This document shows, one piece after another, positions 28,230 through 34,750 of a stretch of DNA of 34,750 nucleotides (positions are counted from its first letter, which is position 1; each line of letters opens with the position of its first letter). The notes beneath the pieces are model-generated. The model did no database searches. It had not been told where the DNA came from and saw only the letters and a list, made by a program, of their open reading frames with translations. The DNA comes from a virus (taxonomy: Duplodnaviria > Heunggongvirae > Uroviricota > Caudoviricetes): IMG/VR virus record IMGVR_UViG_2875703104_000001; one strand, 5' to 3'. The position numbers were made by a program, and so were the translations under genes.

Positions 28230-28781
28230 TTACCCAGCTAATGCACGGAAAGCAGCACTAACATAAGCTACCTGAAACTTTGCATCTCGAAGCGCATGAT
28301 GCGCATCAGTAACATTAATGGAAAAATTTGCCCTTACATCAATATTCTTAAGGCTTTTAGCTAGTTCAACGATGGTACGCACGTCTCGATCATTTCGAAA
28401 ACGCCATGGGATATTTTGCGCATGTTTACGGTAAACCGCTGCCAATATAGCGTTATCAAAGCTTGCCCCATTCCCCCAAACTTGTACGTCATCGTTACTA
28501 CGACTTCGTACAAATAGAGAAAATTCTTGTAAGGCTTCATGTAAGTCAACAGCAGACGGGTCATTAAAAACCGCCCTTGCAGAATCGCTTTGTATCATCC
28601 ACCACTGTAAAGTTTTTGGGTCTACAAAACTATTTTCCAATGCAGATGATAGGGTTATAACTCTATAAAACTCATCCCCACACTTGCCAGTCAGAGGCTC
28701 AAAGAACACAGCGCCGATTGAAATCAAAGGAGCATCCATTGACACACCTAATGTTTCTATATCGAGCATTAAATTATTCAT
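28230..28781 (-). CDS. DEDDh-family (DnaQ/RNase T-like) 3'-5' exonuclease (183 aa)
   Basis: Exo I motif LDIETLG (D-x-E), central FDNAIL aspartate and C-terminal AHHALRDA (H-x4-D). GGAGG ribosome-binding site 4 nt before the ATG; 9-nt gap to the kinase gene suggests one operon. Confidence 0.7.
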   Translation of the reverse strand: MNNLMLDIETLGVSMDAPLISIGAVFFEPLTGKCGDEFYRVITLSSALENSFVDPKTLQWWMIQSDSARAVFNDPSAVDLHEALQEFSLFVRSRSNDDVQVWGNGASFDNAILAAVYRKHAQNIPWRFRNDRDVRTIVELAKSLKNIDVRANFSINVTDAHHALRDAKFQVAYVSAAFRALAG

Positions 28782-28921
28782 TTAACCTCCACCCCAGACA
28801 TAGCTCAGGGAAACGTAACCTATTGAAATAACGAATCAAGTATTTGTCACATTCTATACTAAAACATTCGAATTCCAAAACTTCAGCTTTTGCAACCCCT
28901 TACAAGTCAATTGATCCATAA

Positions 28922-28941
28922 TACTGTATACATACACAGTA
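28922..28941. promoter_or_regulatory. LexA (SOS) box TACTGTATACATACACAGTA
   Basis: Matches the E. coli LexA consensus TACTG(TA)5CAGTA with a perfect CTGT-N8-ACAG core. It lies 19 bp past the A stop and about 140 bp upstream of the exonuclease start. Confidence 0.7.
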
Positions 28942-28959
28942 CTACATTTGAAAAACAAA

Positions 28960-31236
28960 TCAAGGGAAATCATTAAAACCCGGCCAATCACAACAAGGCG
29001 GATAAACAAATTTTTTCATGTCATAAATAACTTCTGCCCCACGAGCCAGCGCCTCAAGCTCCCATCTCTGAGGCCTGATACCGTTCTGAGCAAGGTCAAC
29101 GCGGATACGGGTGATTTGCAATCGTTCAGACCGGGTCAGTCTGGCCGATGGTGCAATTTCATGCGGTTTTAACGGGCTTCCGTTTCTTTGCTGACGGTTT
29201 GGTCTTCTCAGGCCGTATTTTAATGCACCTCTGAGCGCCCTCACGACCTCCGGGTCATTCCATTCGATAACACCGTCATCAACCAGATTAAGCACTGCTG
29301 CGGCGTGCTCAGAAGGTGTGGGAGCCAGTAACGAAGTATCACCACCGGTGAGCTTTCCACAGTTATTGACAGGACTCCGAGGCGCGGCGATGCCGCTTTT
29401 TAAAGTCAAAGGCTCAACGACCGGAACTTTCGGCACAATGCGCCAGTCCGTCGTTCTGGTGATATGAATATGACGCGCGCCGAGATGCGGCGCGTAAATG
29501 CCGACCACTCTCTCGACTTCTTCCTCGTACTCGTTAACGTCATCCGACGGACTACGGGCGACCCTGACAGTCTGACAATCGCGCGGGACATTTGCCCCGC
29601 CCTGCGCGCTGATATACAGCGCAAAATCGCCACTGTCTGCGGCAGCGCGTGCAGCCTCCACGCGTTCGTCAAACTCATCAGCAATACTGACGCCGCGAGG
29701 CAATTTACGTAGTTCACGGTAAGCCCCCATTGTCGGCAGTCCAACCGTTTTAAATTGCGGGATGCGCCACGTTGACGCCCATGCGGTAACAGCCGCGGCA
29801 GTATCTTTAAGCGGCTTACCGGTATCGTTATCGAGCTGACCATCCAGTGCATAGCCGTCGATATTTTTTGAAATGTATTTCGCGATATATCCCGCAGCAC
29901 CGCCCCGGTTAAGATGCTTTGCCTGAAAACGGTTTCGCGCGGCTCCTCTTTCGTCACCATCCTCTTTGAGCGCATAGCGACGCATGATTTCGATAATCTG
30001 GTTACGCTGGCGTGGATTACAAAAAAGCATCATATGCCAGTGCGGCGTTCCGTCGTGGTGTGGCTCGACGACACGCAAACCGTAGACCTGTAAATCATTA
30101 TCCTTGAATGCCGTACGCATCAGGCTCCAGATACGGCAGAGATAACGCTGCGCATCCTTTGGATTAAATGCCTCATCATTCCAGCCGTGATTAAGCTGGA
30201 CGGTTTTACTTTCGCCTTTTCCGACCTGACGTGTCGGATGATACTTTGACGGCGCGGTCATCGTGATAAACATCCCCACATCACCCTCTGCGGCGGCGTA
30301 ACGCTCAATTCCGGCGATGGTGTTCATCAGCTCCATCCGGCGAATTTCAGGATTAGAAATACTGCCCATCACCTTACTGATAAGGTCGATGCGCTCGCCG
30401 GTTTCCCTGTTTTCAAGGTCACACGATTTAAGAAATTCCAGATTTGCCTGGCGGCGCGCACGCACATCACGAATGGCATGTTTACTGGCATAAGGAGAAC
30501 GGTCTTTATTGACCTCCCCGACAGCAATCAGTAACGCCTCATGCCAGCGCATACGCTGGCCTTTAAGCTGATGAGTCCACCACTCATCGTTAAACAGACG
30601 GGCAATGGCAGAATATGCCTGCCTCGTGGTCATCTGTCCTTTACGGTATTTTTTCCAGTAGAGCGGGGAAATATTGAAAGCACGTGCAGCGCCAGCAACA
30701 TGACCATACAGGTGAGCCTGCGCCTCATCCGTAAACAGCGATTCTTTTTCGCCATGCGCATCCACCCAGGCATCGCAGAGTTCCTCATACATCATGAAAA
30801 GCTGCGATGAGATTCGGGCGGCAAACTTTTTCAGCTCCTTGTCATTCATCCCCGGCAGGCGCGCATACTGGTCGCGCTCTGCCAGAAACAGCAACGACGC
30901 GTCGGTGTTCATTTCATGGCGCTGATTCACGCGCTCAATGCGCGGCCATAAACGACGCTGAAAAGTGGATGTGAGGAAATAAAACCCGTGCACCGGGCTT
31001 TTATTGCGCCGGATGTAGTCATAGCGTGAAGTAAACAGCGAACGCAAAAAGTAAGGCAGGCGGTTAATCGTGGATAAAACACCTTGCACCTGACGCATCT
31101 CGTCACGTGTAAGGGGTCTTTCGCGCCCGACAGCCTCGCGTGGCGCGTTCCATGCATAAGCACCGGTAAACGCCTTACCGGTGCCTGCGGCAAATGCTGA
31201 CGGAGGGACAAAACGCCCGGAGGCTTTAACGGCCAT
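28960..31236 (-). CDS. A: Replication initiation protein gpA (rolling-circle HUH endonuclease), about 758 aa
   Basis: Contains the HUH motif (GTPHWHMMLF) and the P2 gpA-like N-terminus MAVKASGRFVPP. The ORF-track start at 31278 is 14 codons further upstream; start choice is uncertain. Confidence 0.88.
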   Translation of the reverse strand: MAVKASGRFVPPSAFAAGTGKAFTGAYAWNAPREAVGRERPLTRDEMRQVQGVLSTINRLPYFLRSLFTSRYDYIRRNKSPVHGFYFLTSTFQRRLWPRIERVNQRHEMNTDASLLFLAERDQYARLPGMNDKELKKFAARISSQLFMMYEELCDAWVDAHGEKESLFTDEAQAHLYGHVAGAARAFNISPLYWKKYRKGQMTTRQAYSAIARLFNDEWWTHQLKGQRMRWHEALLIAVGEVNKDRSPYASKHAIRDVRARRQANLEFLKSCDLENRETGERIDLISKVMGSISNPEIRRMELMNTIAGIERYAAAEGDVGMFITMTAPSKYHPTRQVGKGESKTVQLNHGWNDEAFNPKDAQRYLCRIWSLMRTAFKDNDLQVYGLRVVEPHHDGTPHWHMMLFCNPRQRNQIIEIMRRYALKEDGDERGAARNRFQAKHLNRGGAAGYIAKYISKNIDGYALDGQLDNDTGKPLKDTAAAVTAWASTWRIPQFKTVGLPTMGAYRELRKLPRGVSIADEFDERVEAARAAADSGDFALYISAQGGANVPRDCQTVRVARSPSDDVNEYEEEVERVVGIYAPHLGARHIHITRTTDWRIVPKVPVVEPLTLKSGIAAPRSPVNNCGKLTGGDTSLLAPTPSEHAAAVLNLVDDGVIEWNDPEVVRALRGALKYGLRRPNRQQRNGSPLKPHEIAPSARLTRSERLQITRIRVDLAQNGIRPQRWELEALARGAEVIYDMKKFVYPPCCDWPGFNDFP

Positions 31237-31501
31237 ATGAGCCAAAAGCCTCTGAACAACGCTTGCTGAGTTGCTCAACCTGCGCGTTTAAATCAGCAAA
31301 AGACTTTGCGCTTCCGGTCAGAATATCGTGATGCATCAGGCCGGAAACGAGCTGGCTTAATTTCGGGTAATAACCAACCACCGACAGCCATTCCTGACCG
31401 GCGTTTTTACCGCTTTCCGCTCTCTTTTTCTCGTGGAGAACAAACTGAAAGCTGTCACTGGTAACGACATAACGTTCGCCAATTTCAATACGAATACTCA
31501 T
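31226..31501 (-). CDS. Small early-operon protein, P2 orf83-like by position (91 aa)
   Basis: Position immediately upstream of A in the cox-B-A operon; no motif recognised. Confidence 0.6.
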   Translation of the reverse strand: MSIRIEIGERYVVTSDSFQFVLHEKKRAESGKNAGQEWLSVVGYYPKLSQLVSGLMHHDILTGSAKSFADLNAQVEQLSKRCSEAFGSYGR

Positions 31502-31722
31502 GCCGTTCTCCGGTAATGTTTGTTTTTTGCTTCAAAGACTGACTGACAGGAAACACAACGCGTGGCTGACGGATAAGCCGCACGACGGGCAGCAGGTATT
31601 GGCGCGTCACACTCTTCGCAAACCAGCGCAGAAGCACCGCAATGTTTTACCCTTGCCGCGTTAATCTGGCGCTCCAGTAATTCAGCCTGTTGTTCCTGAA
31701 TAAAATCTACGTTGTCCGGCAT
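31498..31722 (-). CDS. TraR/DksA-type C4 zinc-finger protein, P2 orf82-like (74 aa)
   Basis: CEECDAPIP...CVSCQ gives a CxxC-N17-CxxC arrangement typical of phage TraR/DksA-family proteins. Confidence 0.7.
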   Translation of the reverse strand: MPDNVDFIQEQQAELLERQINAARVKHCGASALVCEECDAPIPAARRAAYPSATRCVSCQSVFEAKNKHYRRTA

Positions 31723-32027
31723 TACCAGTTCCTTTTGTCGTTCAGTTTTTTAAATTCATCAGCGCAATAGCTGGCGATTTCTGTCGTTAATTTCGTCAGT
31801 TCATCCACGGAGGAAATTTGCTTGTGAAATACAGCGCGTTTAACAAGTAAATTGACCACATCAGACAGGAGGTTTAATTCACTCTGATAAATCGCGATAA
31901 CAGATTCAGTTATTTCGCGTTTTTCTTTATCAAGACCAAGTTGAATAAGAGACAAATCGCCATTTTTCATAACGGCGATTTTTAAGGCATTGTTCAGTAA
32001 AACAACTGAACGAGAACAGGACATCAA
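31722..32027 (-). CDS. Small early-operon protein, P2 orf81-like by position (101 aa)
   Basis: Position and size only. Confidence 0.55.
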   Translation of the reverse strand: MMSCSRSVVLLNNALKIAVMKNGDLSLIQLGLDKEKREITESVIAIYQSELNLLSDVVNLLVKRAVFHKQISSVDELTKLTTEIASYCADEFKKLNDKRNW

Positions 32028-32281
32028 AGCACCTCCCCGCGAGACAATCCGATGTTGTGAAATTTTTCCGACTCCTGACTGAGCAGCTCGACTATCTCCA
32101 CGCGGGATAACTCCGCCTTTGTGATGTGGCGAATCATGGCGTCAAGATGAGAAGAAAAGCGCGTCGCTGCATCGGCCTGTGCTTCGGTTCTGGCCTGTTG
32201 CAGCAGTAATGCGTATTTACCGCACTGATTTTCAGAAACTGTATGCATGACTTTCTCCAGGCAAAAAGAAGCCCCGCACAA
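32024..32281 (-). CDS. Small early-operon protein, P2 orf80-like by position (85 aa, or 74 aa from the internal Met)
   Basis: Position and size only; start codon ambiguous. Confidence 0.5.
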   Translation of the reverse strand: MCGASFCLEKVMHTVSENQCGKYALLLQQARTEAQADAATRFSSHLDAMIRHITKAELSRVEIVELLSQESEKFHNIGLSRGEVL

Positions 32282-32311
32282 TTAAGTGCGTTAAAAACTC
32301 TGGTTAATTAC

Positions 32312-32818
32312 TTAATGCAGATATTGCTCTGGTTTTACCGACGTCAGAATTGTCGGTGCATACTCAAACAGGCTGAATAATTCACGTAATGCACGGAATA
32401 AAGCATCACGCCAGTAACATGACTCTTCATTAATTCGCCAGTATGGCTGGTTGAATTCTTTTTCAGTCAATCCGGCATGCATAAATAAAGTGCGACGCTG
32501 ACTGACTGTTAAAAAACTAATATATGCATACTCACTTGCGCCAACCTGACGGCGTTTTGAGAATGCCCCACGCAATTCATCAATTGCACAAACCAGCCGT
32601 TCACGTTCGACGTCGTTCATTTCTTCAAAACGCATCGTTGCGTGACGCTGTTTTAACTGCGCATGAAAGCAAACCGTTAGCCGTTCGCGCTCCATCATCT
32701 GATTATAATAATCACATGTATCCTGCCAGCGAGGAACGGCAAGATGCTTACCAATTATCCGGCGCATAGCTGCTGGCTGTTTTTCAACGAGATTGAGCGT
32801 CATCACTGTCATTTCCAT
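32312..32818 (-). CDS. B: Putative replication protein gpB (helicase loader), 168 aa
   Basis: Position (second substantial gene of the early operon after cox) and length close to P2 gpB; not confirmed at sequence level. Confidence 0.6.
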   Translation of the reverse strand: MEMTVMTLNLVEKQPAAMRRIIGKHLAVPRWQDTCDYYNQMMERERLTVCFHAQLKQRHATMRFEEMNDVERERLVCAIDELRGAFSKRRQVGASEYAYISFLTVSQRRTLFMHAGLTEKEFNQPYWRINEESCYWRDALFRALRELFSLFEYAPTILTSVKPEQYLH

Positions 32819-33006
32819 ACCCTCCGGCTTTTCAGAAAGGTCAGAGCCTTTTTTAACGGACTCTGTTTTTTGGTGCGGATAATGATTCCCTTACGCCCCT
32901 TACCGTGGGTGATGGTGAAGTCAATCGCCCTTGGGCTTTCGTTACGCAGTAACTGAGCAATACAACGCGGTTCACTCATAATCACAACCCCATCCACAAA
33001 AGCCAT
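32809..33006 (-). CDS. Small ORF between cox and B, P2 orf78 position (65 aa or shorter)
   Basis: Position only; overlaps the cox 3' end unless translation starts at the internal Met (MSEPRC). Confidence 0.4.
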   Translation of the reverse strand: MAFVDGVVIMSEPRCIAQLLRNESPRAIDFTITHGKGRKGIIIRTKKQSPLKKALTFLKSRRVWK

Positions 33007-33254
33007 GCATCACGCTGTTCAACTGGTCGGTTATAAAACGCCTCTCGTACAGCGCGATTAAACTCTGGAATGAAAACCCACTTCTCACCGACACGAGCGT
33101 TCGGCTTACTTGGATCACGAAGCTCAATAACTGGCAATTTATTCTCTTTTACCATCTTGACTACAGCCGTTTCTGGCTTACCAAGTAACTCTGCAAACTT
33201 AACCGTATGTACCGCATCAATCGGGTACTGAATCACATAGTCATTGACTTCCAT
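32982..33254 (-). CDS. cox: Cox: excisionase and repressor of the lysogenic promoter (90 aa)
   Basis: C-terminal ...GEKWVFIPEFNRAVREAFYNRPVEQRDAWLLWMGL resembles P2 Cox (...YWVYLPAWN...RDGWLMWLGL) as recalled; divergent from C. Confidence 0.8.
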   Translation of the reverse strand: MEVNDYVIQYPIDAVHTVKFAELLGKPETAVVKMVKENKLPVIELRDPSKPNARVGEKWVFIPEFNRAVREAFYNRPVEQRDAWLLWMGL

Positions 33255-33406
33255 TGATTAGCCCTTTTTGCTTTCGTGTTACCCTTATTAGATCCAGTCC
33301 CTTCTAGGTCGCCCCTGTCCTTTCTAGGGACTGGCTAACACACTCAAAAGGTCACCAATACACAACCTTTTGACGGGAATATAAGTCACCAATAGGTTAC
33401 TGTCAA
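33255..33406. promoter_or_regulatory. Lysis/lysogeny switch region between cox and C
   Basis: 152-bp intergenic region between divergent cox and C. Contains direct repeats GTCACCAATA at 33351-33360 and 33385-33394 and an inverted repeat CCAGTCCCT / AGGGACTGG at 33294-33302 and 33326-33334. Confidence 0.6.
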
Positions 33407-33700
33407 ATGCAGACATTCGAAAAACTGAAAGCGATTAGGAAAGCAGAAGGCTTAACACAGGCGAAATTCAGCGAAATTAGCGGGATAGCTCTAGGAACAG
33501 TCAAAAATTACGAAAGTGGGCATAAAGACCCTGGTCTCAGCATCGTTATGCGAGTCACAAATACGCCTTTATTTAAAAAATATACGCTCTGGTTAATGAC
33601 TGGTGATACGTCACCACAAGCTGGTCAGATCGCGCCGGCTCTCGCACACATTGGGCAAAAACCAACAGAATCAGACCACTCCGAAAAACAGACTGGTTAA
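33407..33700 (+). CDS. C: Immunity repressor C (HTH, 97 aa)
   Basis: ...LWLMTGDTSPQAGQIAPALAHIGQKP resembles the P2 C repressor C-terminus (QIAPALAHFGQ) as recalled; helix-turn-helix-like region LTQAKFSEISGIALGTVKNYESG. Confidence 0.82.
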   Translation: MQTFEKLKAIRKAEGLTQAKFSEISGIALGTVKNYESGHKDPGLSIVMRVTNTPLFKKYTLWLMTGDTSPQAGQIAPALAHIGQKPTESDHSEKQTG

Positions 33701-33769
33701 CACTCTATAAACATTATATTTTCACCATTTGTTACCAAGATGGTGAATACAGCGTCAGAGGGCTTTCTT

Positions 33770-34750
33770 ATGTCAATTAAGAAGCTCGATGATGGACGCT
33801 ATGAAGTGGACATTAGACCTCGCGGTCGCGACGGAAAACGCATCCGCAGGAAATTTGAAAGAAAAGCTGAGGCTGTAGCATTTGAGCGATACACAATCGC
33901 CTACGCCAGCCAGAAAGAATGGGCAGGTCAGCGAGCAGATCGCAGAACTTTGAGTGAGTTGCTGGACATCTGGTGGAAATATCACGGGCAAAACCACGAG
34001 CATGGAACAAAAGAGTTTAATCATCTGCTCAAAACCATCAGCGGCATAGGTGATATACCAGTGAGCCGGATGAGCAAAAGAGCTTTGATGGATTATCGTT
34101 CCATGCGACTACGTGATGGTATCAGTGCCGCAACGATAAACCGTGACATGTACCGATTATCCGGCATGTTCACAAAATTAATTCAATTGGATGAATTTTC
34201 CGGGCAACACCCAATTCACGGACTGCCGCCACTGGCGGAGGCCAACCCTGAAATGACGTTCCTGGAAAAAGCAGAAATCGAAAAACTGTTAAATGTTTTG
34301 GATGGTGATGACTTACTTGTCGCACTTTTATGTCTGAGCACTGGAGGAAGATGGACGGAAGTTGCCACGCTAAAACCAGCACAGATTACAAATTGCAGGG
34401 TTACCTTCCTGAAAACCAAAAACGGTAAAAAGCGAACCGTGCCGATTTCTGAGGAACTGGAGAAAAAAGTTAAAGAGGAGGCCAGCGCTAAATTATTCAA
34501 AGTTGATTATGAGAAGTTTTGCGGGATTTTACGCAGAGTGAAGCCAGATATACCACCCAATCAGGCAACCCACATCCTGCGGCATACATTCGCAAGCCAT
34601 TTCATGATGAATGGGGGCAATATAATCGCACTGCAACAGATTCTGGGACATGCGAGCATTCAGCAGACGATGGCCTATGCGCACCTTGCGCCTGACTACC
34701 TGCAAAATGCCGTCGCGCTGAATCCTCTAAAAGGCGGAGTGACGTTATAA
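33770..34750 (+). CDS. int: Tyrosine integrase, P2 Int family (326 aa from MSIKKLDDGRYEV)
   Basis: N-terminus MSIKKLDDGRYEVDIRPRGRDGKRIRRKF matches P2 Int as recalled; C-terminal catalytic region HILRHTFASHFMMNGG...LGHASIQQTMAYAHL has the R...HxxR...Y tyrosine-recombinase residues. Stop is at the final 3 bases of the window. Confidence 0.92.
   Translation: MSIKKLDDGRYEVDIRPRGRDGKRIRRKFERKAEAVAFERYTIAYASQKEWAGQRADRRTLSELLDIWWKYHGQNHEHGTKEFNHLLKTISGIGDIPVSRMSKRALMDYRSMRLRDGISAATINRDMYRLSGMFTKLIQLDEFSGQHPIHGLPPLAEANPEMTFLEKAEIEKLLNVLDGDDLLVALLCLSTGGRWTEVATLKPAQITNCRVTFLKTKNGKKRTVPISEELEKKVKEEASAKLFKVDYEKFCGILRRVKPDIPPNQATHILRHTFASHFMMNGGNIIALQQILGHASIQQTMAYAHLAPDYLQNAVALNPLKGGVTL

Larger units (their letters stand above)
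1040..34750. mobile_element. P2-like prophage, left junction (attL) to right window edge; attR lies beyond the window
   Basis: Contiguous P2 gene order ogr-D-U-T-E-FII-FI ... G-H-I-J-W-V-S-R-lysis-X-L-M-N-O/P-Q-cos ... A-B-cox/C-int, with ogr at one end and int at the other as expected for an integrated P2-type genome. The left boundary is approximate, somewhere in 1012-1108. Confidence 0.9.

Overview
Nearly the whole window is a P2-like (Peduovirus-type) prophage inserted beside the host cation-efflux gene fieF. All calls rest on reading the supplied ORF translations and sequence by eye plus recall of P2 gene order and protein lengths; no search was run. Left to right: fieF (1-903, minus strand) and a cpxP/CpxQ-like terminator; prophage left arm ogr-D-U-T-E/E'-FII-FI; an AT-rich cargo island at the Z/fun position with two orphan genes (8.2-10.9 kb); tail fibre assembly gene G and tail fibre gene H, which is split by a perfect 80-bp tandem duplication; baseplate I-J-W-V, S-R, lysis cassette, X, L, M-N-O and P-Q; the cos site; a second AT-rich cargo island at the old/tin position; replication and early genes A, orf83-80-like, B, cox; repressor C; and integrase, which ends at the last base, so attR is outside the window. 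The most interesting candidate is the second cargo island: a DEDDh-type 3'-5' exonuclease and a HipA-like kinase fused to a HIRAN-like domain, downstream of a LexA box. The first island (DUF3800-like protein plus a 461-aa orphan with a possible PD-(D/E)xK motif, flanked by 30-bp hairpin repeats) is the second candidate. Domain calls are motif-level and need HMM confirmation.
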